A DNA stretch of 64,000 nt from Acidimicrobiia bacterium (GCA_027494135.1 JAOSJK010000023.1:12558-76557); one strand, 5' to 3'. Shown: positions 9,318 through 19,738, numbered from the stretch's first letter. A program made the numbers and translations. The notes: a model not told the origin generated them from the letters alone.

Positions 9318-9377
9318 TGGAGTAGTATGATCGGATACGATCCGGGATTCCTCACCGGAGCCGTGACGGAGGAGCGC

Positions 9378-10334
9378 ATGCGTACACCGATCTGCGACCT
9401 GCTCGACATCGAGCACCCCATCTTCCTCGCCGGCATGGGAGGCGTGGCGTATGCCGAGGTCTGCGCCGCCGTCTCCGAGGCCGGAGGCTTCGGGACCCTG
9501 GGCATGGCGACCATGGACGTCGAGGGCATTCGCGAGCAGATGCGCCAGGTGCGCAAGCGCACGGACAAGCCCTTCGGCGTGGATCTGCTGGCGGCCCTGC
9601 CCGAGCAGGTGATGGCGGCAATGGACGTCATCATCGAGGAGGGCGCGTCGGCCTTCATCGCCGGGCTCGGCGTGCCCGGTCCCGTCATCGAGAAGTGCCA
9701 CGACGCCGGACTCAAGGTGATGAGCATGTGCGGAAAGGTCGCCCATGCGGTGCGCGCCGAGGAGGCCGGCTGCGATGTCGTCATCGCCCAGGGAACCGAG
9801 GCAGGGGGGCACACCGGCCAGGTCGCCGGCATGGCGCTCATCCCGCAGATCGTGGATGCGGTGGAGATTCCCGTGCTCGCCGCCGGCTCGATCGTCGATG
9901 GCCGCGGACTGGCCGTTGCGCTGGCATTCGGCGCCCAGGGGGTCTGGATGGGGACGCGCTTCATCGCCTCCGAGGAGGCGCATGCCGCGCCGCTCTACAA
10001 GAAGCGCCTGGTCGACGCGGGGAGTGCGGACACGATCGTGAGCCGGTGCTACTCCGGAAAGCCGATGCGGGTGATTCGGAACCCGTACGTGGACGACTGG
10101 GAGCGTCGCAGCGACGAGATCAAGCCGTTTCCCGACCAGATGGCCCACAGCGTGCGCAGCGGCGTGCTTCCCCTGATGTCCGGCCAAGACGAGGACGTGG
10201 ATCTGGAACGCTCCTGCCTGCCGGCGGGGCAGGGCGTGGGGGGGATCGACGAGGTGCTTCCCGTGCAGGAGATCGTGAATCGGGTCCTCCGCGAGGCCCG
10301 GGAGACGATCGAGCGCCTGGGCGGGCTCGTCTAG
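9378..10334 (+). CDS. nitronate monooxygenase / FMN-dependent 2-nitropropane-dioxygenase-like enzyme (copy 1)
   Basis: ORF 9225..10334. I prefer the ATG at 9378 (GGAGGAG RBS); an alternative ATG is at 9327. Motifs: IFLAGMGGVA, AQGTEAGGHTG, AAGSIVDGRG. Confidence 0.85.
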   Translation: MRTPICDLLDIEHPIFLAGMGGVAYAEVCAAVSEAGGFGTLGMATMDVEGIREQMRQVRKRTDKPFGVDLLAALPEQVMAAMDVIIEEGASAFIAGLGVPGPVIEKCHDAGLKVMSMCGKVAHAVRAEEAGCDVVIAQGTEAGGHTGQVAGMALIPQIVDAVEIPVLAAGSIVDGRGLAVALAFGAQGVWMGTRFIASEEAHAAPLYKKRLVDAGSADTIVSRCYSGKPMRVIRNPYVDDWERRSDEIKPFPDQMAHSVRSGVLPLMSGQDEDVDLERSCLPAGQGVGGIDEVLPVQEIVNRVLREARETIERLGGLV

Positions 10335-10360
10335 CTTAGCTAGGGGAGCGGCTCGACCGA

Positions 10361-11446
10361 TCAGTCGAAGACGATCACGCTGCGAGCCGCCTTGCCGGCC
10401 CGCATCTGGTCGAAGGCGGTGTTGATCTCGTCCAGCGGCAGCCGGGCAGAGATCATCTCGTCGAGCTTCAGCTGTCCGTTCAGGTAGAAGTCGACGTAGC
10501 GCGGCATGTCGACCCGGAAGCTGTTCGATCCCATCATCGATGCGATGAGCCTCTTCTCGCCCATCAGGAAGTCGAGCCCAGGGACCGCGATGTTCTGCCC
10601 CATGGGAAGCAGTCCGACGAGGATCGCGGTGCCTCCCTTCTTCAGCATCGCGAGAGACTGCTGCGCGGTGGCGCTCAAGCCGATGCACTCGAAGGCGTAG
10701 TCGACCCCGCCAGCGGTGAGCTCCATCACCTGCGCCGCCGGATCTCCGTCCGACGCGTTCACGCCGTCGGTGGCGCCGAGCCGCTTCGCGAGATCCAGCT
10801 TCCAGGGCTCCGTGTCGATCGCCAGGATGCGCGAGGCGCCCGCGATCCGGCAGCCCTGGAGTGCGGACAGGCCGACGCCCCCACAGCCGATCACGGCGCA
10901 GGTCGAGCCGGGCCGGACCTTCGCCGTGTTCAGCGCTGCGCCCAGGCCGGTGGTGACCCCGCAGCCGATCAGCGCCGCGCGATCGAGCGGCACGTCGTCG
11001 CGGATCTTCACGAGCGCGTTCTCGTGCACCAGCATCCGCTCCGCGAAGGCCGACAAGTGGGCGAACTGCCGGATCTCCACTCCCTCCTTGGAGAGGCGCG
11101 GCGGCTCGTCTGGCCCCCGCATCGTGGCCTCGCCGCCGCAGAGATTGGGGCGGCCCGTGGCACAGAACTCGCAATTGCCGCAGAACGCGGAGAGGCAGCC
11201 GATCACGGGATCTCCCTTGGCGAACGACTTCACCTCGGAGCCCACCTCCTCCACGACGCCCGCGGGCTCGTGGCCGAGGATCAGCGGCGGCGGTACGGGC
11301 AGTCCGCCCTCGATCACGTGGAGGTCGCTGTGACACACGCCGGTGGCTGCCGTGCGGACCAGCACCTCGCGCGGACCCGGCTTGCCGATCTGCACCTCCT
11401 CGATCTCGAGGGGGGCCTTGAACGTTCGCATGACGGCTGCCTTCAT
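10361..11446 (-). CDS. zinc-dependent alcohol dehydrogenase (MDR family)
   Basis: 361-aa ORF with GVCHSDLH, GHEPAGVVEEVG, CGNCEFCATGRPNLC and GCGGVGLS. Paralog of 45465-46547. Confidence 0.9.
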   Translation of the reverse strand: MKAAVMRTFKAPLEIEEVQIGKPGPREVLVRTAATGVCHSDLHVIEGGLPVPPPLILGHEPAGVVEEVGSEVKSFAKGDPVIGCLSAFCGNCEFCATGRPNLCGGEATMRGPDEPPRLSKEGVEIRQFAHLSAFAERMLVHENALVKIRDDVPLDRAALIGCGVTTGLGAALNTAKVRPGSTCAVIGCGGVGLSALQGCRIAGASRILAIDTEPWKLDLAKRLGATDGVNASDGDPAAQVMELTAGGVDYAFECIGLSATAQQSLAMLKKGGTAILVGLLPMGQNIAVPGLDFLMGEKRLIASMMGSNSFRVDMPRYVDFYLNGQLKLDEMISARLPLDEINTAFDQMRAGKAARSVIVFD

Positions 11447-11483
11447 GATCGATCTCCTGGTCCTCCCGGCTCGGCGGGAGTCG

Positions 11484-12299
11484 TCACGTTGCAGGGGGGA
11501 GTCGGATTTCTTCGAAGGTCGTCGGGTAGCCTGCGTCGTTGCGGATCTCGAGACGTTTGGCGCCGTCCCGGTCCACGATGCGCGGCAGAACCGGTGGGAC
11601 CGCGCGCGCGCGGGAGGCCGCGAGTGCCGCGTCGCTGCTGCCGAATCCGCAGAGCGACTCGAGATTGCAGCGTGTGGGAAAGATGATGTTCCGTTCCCCG
11701 CGTCGCGACTGAGCGACGGCCTCTTCCGGGCTCAGCCAGACGTGGCCGGTGGATTCGATCCCGTCGTGGCTTGCCTCCTGACCCGGCGGCGTGCGCGCAG
11801 TGAAGAAGAGCGTGTCGAAGCGACGCGGGACCAGCTCGGGCGTGATCCAGCGCCCGTGCACTGCGAGCTGGTCCGCTGCGAGGACGAGATCTTCGGCCTC
11901 GACGATCTCGCGGAAGGAGCGCTCGTGGTTCTGGACCTCGAGACGGTGCGGCGCGAGCGCTGCGGCGACCTCGGCTCCGACGAGCGCGCTCTCCCCGACG
12001 CGCCGAGCGAGCACGATGCCCGTTTCCTCGTAGGTCTCCCGGATCGCCGCCACGAGGAAGCAGAGGGCGAGCTGCGGGTCGAGGCTCGGTACCCGGCTCG
12101 CGGATTCCGCGTCGACGCCGTCGAGACGGCCGACCAGCTCCCGGTCCTCGTCGTCCACGCGGCCGCCGGGAAAGACGTAGAGCCTGGGCAGGAACTCGCT
12201 CTCCACGCTCCGTTCGACGAGCAGCACCTCCGGCGACGACGGGCCGTCGCGGAGGAGTATGATCGTCGCCGCGGGCACCGGAACGGCGGGCTCGGCCAT
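11484..12299 (-). CDS. NUDIX-family hydrolase
   Basis: 271-aa ORF with FPGGRVDDED...AAIRETYEETGI (Nudix-box-like). Confidence 0.65.
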   Translation of the reverse strand: MAEPAVPVPAATIILLRDGPSSPEVLLVERSVESEFLPRLYVFPGGRVDDEDRELVGRLDGVDAESASRVPSLDPQLALCFLVAAIRETYEETGIVLARRVGESALVGAEVAAALAPHRLEVQNHERSFREIVEAEDLVLAADQLAVHGRWITPELVPRRFDTLFFTARTPPGQEASHDGIESTGHVWLSPEEAVAQSRRGERNIIFPTRCNLESLCGFGSSDAALAASRARAVPPVLPRIVDRDGAKRLEIRNDAGYPTTFEEIRLPPAT

Positions 12300-12306
12300 G
12301 CTCGCT

Positions 12307-12498
12307 TCAGCCCTCGATCCGGAGTGCCTGGCGGGGGCAGAGCCGGACCGCCTCCTCCAGCTTCTGGCGCAGTCTCTTGGGGACCTCGTCCATCAGCAGG
12401 GTCAGCGTGTCGTCCTCTTCGACGCGAAACACCTCCGGGCAGCAGTCCATGCACACGGCGTTGGCCTCGCACAGGTCGTAGTCGACGATGATCTTCAT
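12307..12498 (-). CDS. small single-cluster ferredoxin (P450-type redox partner)
   Basis: 63 aa: MKIIVDYDLCEANAVCMDCCPEVF...RLCPRQAL, a Cys pattern typical of 3Fe-4S/4Fe-4S mini-ferredoxins. Confidence 0.8.
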   Translation of the reverse strand: MKIIVDYDLCEANAVCMDCCPEVFRVEEDDTLTLLMDEVPKRLRQKLEEAVRLCPRQALRIEG

Positions 12499-12543
12499 TG
12501 GGGCTCCTATCGGTCGACGAGTTCTCGACGCTCGATTCGTTCT

Positions 12544-13378
12544 CTATCGGCCCGTGAATACGGGCTTCCGCTTCTCCATGAAGGCGCGCGGTCCCTCCAC
12601 TGCGTCGTGAGACCGCATGACCTCGCGGGCGCAGTCGCTTTCGATCGCGAAGGCCTCGGCGAAGGGCAGGCCGTTCGTGCGCAGCAATGCCTCCTTGATC
12701 TTCTGGACGGCGAGCGGGCCGTTCTCGGCCACGCGCCGCGCCACCGCCTCGGCGCGCTCGAGAAGCTCTTCCTGCGGCACGATCTCGTTCACCAGGCCGA
12801 TGCGATGCGCCTCCTCGGCCGACAGGGGTTCGCCGATGAGGAGGATCTCCATCGCCTTCGCGAAGGGCACCTGCCGCTGCAGCCTCACCAGGGAGCCCCC
12901 AGCCGGGATGATTCCCCGCTTCGCCTCGGAGAGGCCGAAGCGAGCCTCGGGGCATGCGATGCGGATGTCCGTGGCCTGGAGGATCTCCGTGCCCCCAGCC
13001 AGCGCGAATCCGTTGACCGCCGCGATCACGGGCTTGTAGAGCCTCGAAGTCACGCAGCAGTCCGCAGTTGAGGGCATCGCGGTCCGAGAGGAGCGCCTCG
13101 TCCCACTCGTTCTCCGGTTTCCGGGCGCCCGTGAACAGCGGAATCAGGAGCTGGAGGTCGGCACCCGCGCAGAAGGCCTTGTCCCCGGCGCCCGTCAGGA
13201 TCGCGACGCGGGCATCTCCGTCGTCACGAAAGTCTCGCCACGCGTCGCGCAGGCGCACCAGCATCTCGGGGCTGATCGCATTGCGGCGCTCGGGCCGGTT
13301 CATCGTGAGCCAGGCGATTCCCTCGCGCTTCTCGTAGAGCAGGTGCATCAGGGTCTTCGACTCCAGATGGATGGGCAT
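12544..13378 (-). CDS. enoyl-CoA hydratase/isomerase (crotonase), frame disrupted at 13039-13045
   Basis: The N-terminal part (MPIHLES...AWLTMNRPERRNA...ILTGAGDKAFCAGADL...LLRDFE) and the C-terminal part (LYKPVIAAVNGFALAGGTE..., ORF 12544..13077) are in different frames. Removing one base from gaggctc (minus-strand reading) restores DFELYKPVIAAVNG. Confidence 0.85.
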
Positions 13379-13570
13379 CGACGTTCGCCGGGTCCGCCGT
13401 CCCGGCCCGCGTGCCCGGTAGAGCCTATCACGATCGGCAATGGCATGGTAATATCGGAAAGCCTACGGAGCTGGGCCCCTGGGGTGGTGACGGCGCGACG
13501 GCGGATCGATGGATGGCCGCCTGCTATCTGTGCGTTGGGGGACGAGGCTCTTGTGGCAGGAGGGCAGGAC

Positions 13571-14191
13571 GTGGAACAAGAAGCATTGAACGGAATCAGC
13601 AAGCGCGTGCGAGCCTGGCGAGAGGAGCTCGGGCTCTCGCTCCACGAGCTGGCTGCACGCAGCGACGTGGCGGCGAGCACCATCCAGAAGGTCGAGACCG
13701 GCCAGATGGTCCCGTCGATCGCCGTGCTGCTCAAGATCGCGCGCGGGCTCGAGCGTCGCCCCGCCGAGCTCGTCTCGGACCAGTCCGAGGAATCCGACGT
13801 CGTCCTCCTGCGAGCCAAGGAGCATCCGGTGATCAGCGCCTCCTCGCGAATGCGGGTGGAGAGGCTCTCGGGAGACCTCTTCGACCCGGCCATCGAGGTG
13901 TGGCGCGTGCAGCTGCATCCGGGGTACGGGAGCGGAAAGGGGATGTACACGTACGAGGGGGAAGAGGTCGTCCTGTGCGAAGAGGGCGAGGTGACCTTCC
14001 GGATCGGCGATGACGAGTATCGTCTCGGTGCCGGAGACACGCTCCACTTCAAGGCGGGGATCCCCCACCAGTGGTGGAACTCGGGACGCTCGGTCGCCCG
14101 TCTGGTCGTCGCCGGGAACTTCCCGAAGGGTCTTCGTGCGAAGCTCCACGCCCAGGTGCAGCAGAACCGCCGCGTGCGAAAGTCATCGTAG
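13571..14191 (+). CDS. XRE-family HTH regulator with C-terminal cupin domain
   Basis: GTG at 13571 after a ggaggg RBS, in frame with ORF 13343..14191. HTH: LSLHELAARSDVAASTIQKVETG. Cupin: GEEVVLCEEGEVTFRIGDDEYRLGAGDTLHF. Confidence 0.8.
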   Translation: MEQEALNGISKRVRAWREELGLSLHELAARSDVAASTIQKVETGQMVPSIAVLLKIARGLERRPAELVSDQSEESDVVLLRAKEHPVISASSRMRVERLSGDLFDPAIEVWRVQLHPGYGSGKGMYTYEGEEVVLCEEGEVTFRIGDDEYRLGAGDTLHFKAGIPHQWWNSGRSVARLVVAGNFPKGLRAKLHAQVQQNRRVRKSS

Positions 14192-14220
14192 GGAGGCGGC
14201 TTCACGTGTCGGGAGTTCCG

Positions 14221-15311
14221 ATGAGCAGCAAGACACTGGCGATCGTGCAGACCGGTCCGCGGAAGCTCGAAGCCCGCGACCTCCCCCTCCCCGAGATCGG
14301 CGACGAGGATGCGCTGCTGCGGATCGAGGCCTGCGGAATCTGCGGCAGCGACGTCGAGCAGTATCACGGCGCTTTGCCGCTGCCGTTTCCGTTGATCCCC
14401 GGACACGAGCCCCTCGGCATCGTGGAGAAGATCGGCGACCGTGCCGCGGCGCGCTGGGGTGTCGACGTGGGAGATCGCGTCGCCGTCGAGACGATGCTGC
14501 CCTGCAAGTTCTGCAAGGAATGTCTGACCGGGCGCTACCACCTGTGTCGCACGCGTCGGATCTACTCCTACATTCCTCTGGATCAGGCTCCCGGGCTCTG
14601 GGGGCGTACGCGGAGTACATGTACGTCGCTCCCAACTCGGTGGTGCACAAGATGGACCCGGATCTGCCGCCGGAGATCGCGGTCCTGTTCAACCCGCTGG
14701 GAGCGGGATTCCGCTGGGCCGTCGAGATTCCCGACACCCAGCCCGGCCAGAGCGTCGTGATCCTGGGTCCGGGACAGCGGGGGCTCGCGAGCGTGATGGC
14801 CTGCCGGCACGTCGGCGCGGGCACCATCGTCGTCACGGGCCTCGAGGCGGATGCCCCGAAGCTCGCGCTCGCCCGCGATTTCGGCGCGAACGTCACGGTG
14901 GACGTCGAGAACGAGGACGCGCGTGAGCGGATCCTCGAGGCAACCGACGGCGGTGCCGACGTGGTGGTGGACGTCTCCGCCTACGCGACCGAGCCCGTCG
15001 CCGCCGCACTCGACTACGCGAAGCCGGGCGGCACGGTCGTCCTCGCGGGCGTGAAGGGCTACAAGCCGATCCCCGAGTTCGTCTCCGACAAGATCGTGAT
15101 GAAGGAGATCGCGATCCGCGGTGCCATCGGTGTCACGACGACGGGCTACTCCGAGGCGATCCGGCTGATCGAGTCGCGCACGCTGCCGCTCGAGAAGATG
15201 CACACCCACGACTTCGGACTGCGCGATGCGGAGGAGGCGATCCTGACGCTCGCGGGCGAGGGGAAGGGGCCCCGCTCCATCCATTCCTGCCTGCTGCCGG
15301 GGCGCGGCTGA
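14221..15311 (+). CDS. MDR-family zinc dehydrogenase (sorbitol/threonine-DH-like), frame disrupted in the G5 run 14600-14604
   Basis: The N-terminal part (MSSKTLAIV...CGICGSDVEQYHG...GHEPLGIVEKIG...LDQAPGLWG) is in ORF 14071..14760. The C-terminal part (AYAEYMYVAPNSVVHKM...ILGPGQRGL...) is in ORF 14010..15311. Confidence 0.8.
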
Positions 15312-15318
15312 CTCCGCC

Positions 15319-15987
15319 TCAGGGGGCTCGCGTCGGCATGCCCCGACGCGGTACCACGAACACCCCCTCGGCGAGGGCGAGGACGTCGTCCCCCTCGAAG
15401 AGGCGCCCCCGCGTGACCGTCTTGCGTGGGTCGACCCGTCCGCCCTCGACCTCGAACGAGAGCGTTCGCCCGAGCGGGGTGGGCCGCCGGTAGTCGATGC
15501 GGAGCCGCCCCGTCATCCCGCTCGCGTCGACCGCCATGTTGTGCTGACCGAGCACCTGATCGAAGAAGAGAGCCACGAAGCCTCCGTGGACGCAGCCCGG
15601 CGGTCCCTCGAAGGGCAGCGGGAAGGTGACCGTCCCCCGCGTCACGCCCTCGACGTGCTCGCAACGCGGCTCCGGGAAGACGGGATTCTGGGCGCCGACC
15701 ACGGGGCCGAAGCCGTAGCGCGGGCGCCGCTCGGGCTCGCGGGTCGCGTCGGGCCGCGGCAGCAGCCCGCTGGACGAGATCGCTTCGATGGCGCGCCGCA
15801 CGTGGTCGTGGGCGTCGCGTAGCGAGGCCTCTGCGGTCGCGTCCTCCGCCGGCATCTGGAGCATCGCGGAGTGCAGCTCTCTCAGGGATCGGCCGAGCTC
15901 GAGCAGGACGGCGGGGGGTTCGGCGAATCTCGGGCGCTCCATCGACGACCCGGGGGCAGGGGTGCTGGATCTCATGTTCGGTTCCAT
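15319..15987 (-). CDS. hot-dog fold thioesterase (PaaI-like core with helical N-terminal extension)
   Basis: C-terminal core GPPGCVHGGFVALFFDQVLG...GMTGRLRIDYRRPTP. Paralog of 53778-54521. The start is uncertain: ATGs at 15987, 15975 and 15942. Confidence 0.65.
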   Translation of the reverse strand: MEPNMRSSTPAPGSSMERPRFAEPPAVLLELGRSLRELHSAMLQMPAEDATAEASLRDAHDHVRRAIEAISSSGLLPRPDATREPERRPRYGFGPVVGAQNPVFPEPRCEHVEGVTRGTVTFPLPFEGPPGCVHGGFVALFFDQVLGQHNMAVDASGMTGRLRIDYRRPTPLGRTLSFEVEGGRVDPRKTVTRGRLFEGDDVLALAEGVFVVPRRGMPTRAP

Positions 15988-16031
15988 CTGGCTGGCGTGC
16001 TGCCCGCCCGACGGCGAGGGCGGCGCTTGCG

Positions 16032-16045
16032 TTTCTGATTGGAAA
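16032..16045. promoter_or_regulatory. operator candidate TTTCTGATTGGAAA (2 mismatches)
   Basis: Lies in the divergent gap between the thioesterase and the amidohydrolase. TAGCAT (16051-16056) follows 5 nt downstream, the same geometry as at 891 and 21457. Confidence 0.5.
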
Positions 16046-16098
16046 TCATGTAGCATGGTTCGCAACGCGTGTCCTGCGAGCCGCGAAGAGGTGGCGCC

Positions 16099-17248
16099 AT
16101 GATTCCCGCCGGAACGATCTCCGCCGACTCCCACGTCGTCGAGCCGGCGAACTGCTACGTCGACTTCATCGAGCCGCGCTACCGCAAGGACGCCCCGCGA
16201 ATCGTGGAGCAGCCGGACGGCAGCGACGCCTTCTTCATCCAGGGCATGAAGCGGCCCGTCGGGCTCGGCCTGATGGACGGCGCGGGCTACACGCCGAAGG
16301 ACCGGGCCCGACGCCTGCGCAAGCTCAAGGCCGACGACGTGCGTCCGGGCGGGTACGACGGAAGAGCGCGCGCCGAGTACATGGACCGCGACGGCGTCGC
16401 GGCAGAGGTGGTCTACGCCTCCGTCGGGATGGCGCTGTGCCTCCACCGCGACCCGGAGTACAAGAACGCCTGCATGCAGGCCTACAACCGCTGGCTCGCC
16501 GGCTTCTGCGCATCCCTCCCCGATCGGATCTTCGGCCTGGCCCAGACGGCGGTGCTCTCGGTGGACGCGGCGATCGAGGACTTCGAGCGCGCCAAGCAGG
16601 CAGGCTTCGTGGGCATGATGATGCCTGGGCATCCCGTCCACGAGGACTACGACCATGCCGACTATGATGCGCTCTGGGACTGCGCCACGGATCTCGATCT
16701 CCCGATCTGCTTCCACATCCTGACCTCTCGCGAGGGGGAGCCTCTTCGCGCCCACGCGCGGGCACCCGATCAACAACTTCCTGGGCATCATCCGCGCCGT
16801 GCAGGACGTCGTCGGGATGATGACGCTCGGCGGGGTCTTCGAGCGACATCCGAAGCTCAGGCTCGTGTGCGCAGAGGGGGACGCCGGCTGGATGCCCCAC
16901 TACATGTACCGGATGGACCACGCCGCGAAGGTGCACGCCGACGACGGGATCATCCCGGGCCTCTCGAAGCTCCCGAGCGAGTACATCCGCAGCAACGTGC
17001 GCATGACCTTCCAGGACGACTGGACGGCCTTCCAATCGCTGCACATGCTCGACCAGCAGCAGCTGCTCTGGGCGAGCGACTTTCCGCACACCGATTCCAC
17101 CTGGCCGAGGTCGCAGGAGCTGCTGGCGGAGCACACGTCGCATCTCGACGAGGCGCAACGCCAGGCCATCATGCGAGACAACACGGCCAGCTTGTTCGGC
17201 CTGCCCGCGGGCGAGCTCTCCTGGCGCATGGACGCGACGGCGGGCTGA
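16099..17248 (+). CDS. amidohydrolase_2 family protein, frame disrupted at 16738-16744
   Basis: ATG at 16099 (MIPAGTISADSHVVEP...ICFHILTSREGE), then a frame switch to LFAPTRGHPINNFLGIIRAVQDVVGMMTLGGVFERHPKL...ASDFPHTDSTWP (ORF 16799..17248). Removing one C from gagcctc restores the frame. Paralog of 36148-37255. Confidence 0.85.
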
Positions 17249-17263
17249 GTCCGGCACCGGAGC

Positions 17264-18517
17264 TCAGGAGCCGACGTTCCGGGCGACCTCGCGGAAGGGG
17301 CGCCCCGCGTCCGAGGGCTCCTTCGGCAACCCGAGCACGCGCTCGCCAATGATGTTGCGCTGGATCTCATCCGTCCCACCAGCGATGGAGACCGCGGGGA
17401 CCGAGACCAGCACCTCGGCGATCACGCCGTCCATGGGCGAGTCGGGGCCACAGAGCAGCGCGTCGGCACCGGAGATGAGCGCGTGTGCGTCGGCGGCGGC
17501 GCGGGCGACGTGGCTGGCGGCCAGCTTGCCCAGGGAGCCCTCTGGGCCGGGCGGCCGGCCGAGCACGCGCGCGGCCTTGGCCCGCTTCGCCGTCCACTCC
17601 GCGGTTCGCGCCAGGATCAGCACGCGCGCGACGGCCTGGCGCACCGCCGGATCGGCGAGGCGTCCGGTCTCCTGGGCTCGCTTCACCACGAGGTCGGCGC
17701 GTCCGGCGCGCTGCGGGTACCACTTGTACGGCTCCATGACCGATGCGAGCTCGCGGCGGTACTCGTCGAAGATGGGGCCCTCTCCCCGAGCTCCACGCAC
17801 CAGAGAGCGCAGCCCATCCGCCATGCGGCGTTCGTGGGCAAGCGTCGTGAGCGCGACGGTCCAGCCTCGATCCACCTCCCCGATCACGTTCGCCGCTGCG
17901 ACCCGCGCGTCCGTGAAGAACACCTCGTTGAAAGAAGCGTGGCCGTTCATCTGGCGAAGCGGGCGGACCTCGACGCCCGGCTGGTCCATTTCGATCGCGA
18001 AGTAGGTAATCCCCTGATGCTTGGGCACGTCCCAGTTCGTACGGGCGAGGAGCATTCCGTAGCGTGCGTGGTGGGCACTCGTCGTCCACACCTTCTGGCC
18101 GTTCACGACGTACTCGTCGCCATCGCGGTCGGCGCGCGTGGTGAGCCCGGCGAGGTCGGAGCCGCTCCCCGGCTCGCTGAAGAGCTGGCACCAGGTGTGT
18201 TCGCCGGTGAGGATGGGCCGGAGCAGCGCCCGCTTCTGCTCGTCGGATCCGTGCTCGAGGAGCGTCACCGCGGCGAGGGCCGTCCCCCCTCCCTGGGCCA
18301 CACCCACCGCGCCGGCGCGCTCGAACTCCTCGCGTACCGCCTCCGCGAGCGGCTCTGGCAGCCCCCTGCCGCACCATTCGCGGGGCCAGGTCGGGCAGCC
18401 CCAGCCCGAGTCGGCCAGCAAGGTGCGCCATTCGGTGAGCCGGAGCTCGGGATCCCAGTTCTCGGCGAGCCACGCCCGGACTTCCGCTCGTACCGTCTCT
18501 TCCGAATGTTGGCTCAT
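17264..18517 (-). CDS. acyl-CoA dehydrogenase, alpha-type subunit (retains GGTDEIQRN catalytic-Glu region)
   Basis: ORF 17264..19708 trimmed to the ATG at 18517 (MSQHSEETV...), which overlaps the stop of the upstream ACAD (ATGA). Motifs: CQLFSEPGSGSDLAGL, IAGGTDEIQRNIIGERVLGLP. Confidence 0.9.
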   Translation of the reverse strand: MSQHSEETVRAEVRAWLAENWDPELRLTEWRTLLADSGWGCPTWPREWCGRGLPEPLAEAVREEFERAGAVGVAQGGGTALAAVTLLEHGSDEQKRALLRPILTGEHTWCQLFSEPGSGSDLAGLTTRADRDGDEYVVNGQKVWTTSAHHARYGMLLARTNWDVPKHQGITYFAIEMDQPGVEVRPLRQMNGHASFNEVFFTDARVAAANVIGEVDRGWTVALTTLAHERRMADGLRSLVRGARGEGPIFDEYRRELASVMEPYKWYPQRAGRADLVVKRAQETGRLADPAVRQAVARVLILARTAEWTAKRAKAARVLGRPPGPEGSLGKLAASHVARAAADAHALISGADALLCGPDSPMDGVIAEVLVSVPAVSIAGGTDEIQRNIIGERVLGLPKEPSDAGRPFREVARNVGS

Positions 18518-19647
18518 GAGATGCCCCACTTCGCGAGCATGCGCTCCCGCTGGGCGGCCGGATCGCCCAGCAGCAGCTCCGAGCTCCTCGCACGCTTGAA
18601 GTACAGGTGGGTGTCGTTCTCCCATGTGAACCCCACGCCGCCGTGGATCTGGATGCTCTCCGAGGCCACGTTCCGGTAGGCGTCGGAGCAGCACGCATTG
18701 GCGAGCGAGGCCAGGGCCGGCAGCTCGGGGTCGTCCGCGGCGGCCGCCTCCGCCGCGAAGTACGCGGCCGACTTGGCGAGCTCCACCTCCAGGAGGAGCT
18801 CTGCCAGACGGTGCTTGATCGCCTGGAACGAGCCGATCGGCCGCCCGAACTGCACCCGGACCTTCGCGTACTCGGTGGTTTGCTCGAGCACCTTCTGCGC
18901 GCCGCCGACCATCTCGCTCGCCAGCGCGATCGACGCGAGGTCGAGCGTCCGCTCGAGCGCGTCGGCTCCCGTACCCGGCTCCCCCAACGGCTCCGCCGGG
19001 ACGCCCGAGAACACGAGACGCGCGAGCTTGCGCGTGGCGTCCAGCGTCGGGAGCAGGGCGCGGTCGAGACCGGCGGCGTGGCCCGGAACGACGAACAGGC
19101 TGATCCCATCGGTCCCCGTGGTGTCCGGGAGGCGAGCGGCGACCACGATTTGGTCCGCCGTATGGCCGTCGAGCACGAAGCTCTTCGTCCCGTCGAGCCG
19201 CCAGCCGTCGCTCGTGGGGCTGGCCGTAAGTGCGATGGCAGGAACCTCCCAGCGGCCGTCGGGCTCGGTGAGTGCGAGCGTGGCGACGGTTCTGCCCGAG
19301 GCGATCGCTGGCAGGATCTCCTTGCGTCGCGCCTCGGTGGCTCCCAGAAGGACCGCATTCGCCGCGAGCACGGCCGAGGCGAAGAAGGGAGCACACAGCA
19401 GCGCACGTCCGCTCTCCTCGAGGGCGATGCCGAGCTCGACGAAGCCGAATCCCTGGCCGCCGTACTCCTCCGGAAGGTGGATACCCGAGAGCCCGAGGTC
19501 CGAGCAGGCCTGTTTCCAGACCTCGCGGTCGAAGCCATCGGGGGTTTCCATCAGTCGCCGCACCTCGGCGGTCGGCGAGCGCTCCTCGAGGAAGCGTCGC
19601 AACACGCCACGGAACTCCTCCTGCTCTGCGCTGAAGCCGAACTGCAC
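18514..19647 (-). CDS. acyl-CoA dehydrogenase, beta-type subunit (FadE27/29-like)
   Basis: 377-aa ORF with FGRPIGSFQAIKH and IHGGVGFTWENDTHLYFKRA. It has no GT.EI catalytic segment and is translationally coupled to 17264-18517. Confidence 0.85.
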   Translation of the reverse strand: MQFGFSAEQEEFRGVLRRFLEERSPTAEVRRLMETPDGFDREVWKQACSDLGLSGIHLPEEYGGQGFGFVELGIALEESGRALLCAPFFASAVLAANAVLLGATEARRKEILPAIASGRTVATLALTEPDGRWEVPAIALTASPTSDGWRLDGTKSFVLDGHTADQIVVAARLPDTTGTDGISLFVVPGHAAGLDRALLPTLDATRKLARLVFSGVPAEPLGEPGTGADALERTLDLASIALASEMVGGAQKVLEQTTEYAKVRVQFGRPIGSFQAIKHRLAELLLEVELAKSAAYFAAEAAAADDPELPALASLANACCSDAYRNVASESIQIHGGVGFTWENDTHLYFKRARSSELLLGDPAAQRERMLAKWGIS

Positions 19648-19680
19648 GCCGACTGCTCCCGGCCCGCCGCCGGTTAAAGG

Positions 19681-19694
19681 TTTCCGATCGGAAC
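19681..19694. promoter_or_regulatory. operator candidate TTTCCGATCGGAAC (1 mismatch)
   Basis: Lies in the divergent gap between the ACAD pair (start 19647) and the PdxA-like gene. TATCAT (19703-19708) follows 8 nt downstream. Confidence 0.6.
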
Positions 19695-19738
19695 CTGCAA
19701 TGTATCATAGTAGAATCGACCGTGGGGCGGAGGGCGCC

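Noticed and set aside
13427-13460. Weak operator-like sequences (ATCACGATCGGCAA at 13427-13440 and a TCGGAAA half-site at 13454-13460) upstream of the XRE-cupin regulator.
   Set aside because: Only 10 of 14 positions match, and there is a single half-site. They are mentioned as a hint of autoregulation but are too weak to annotate as a feature.
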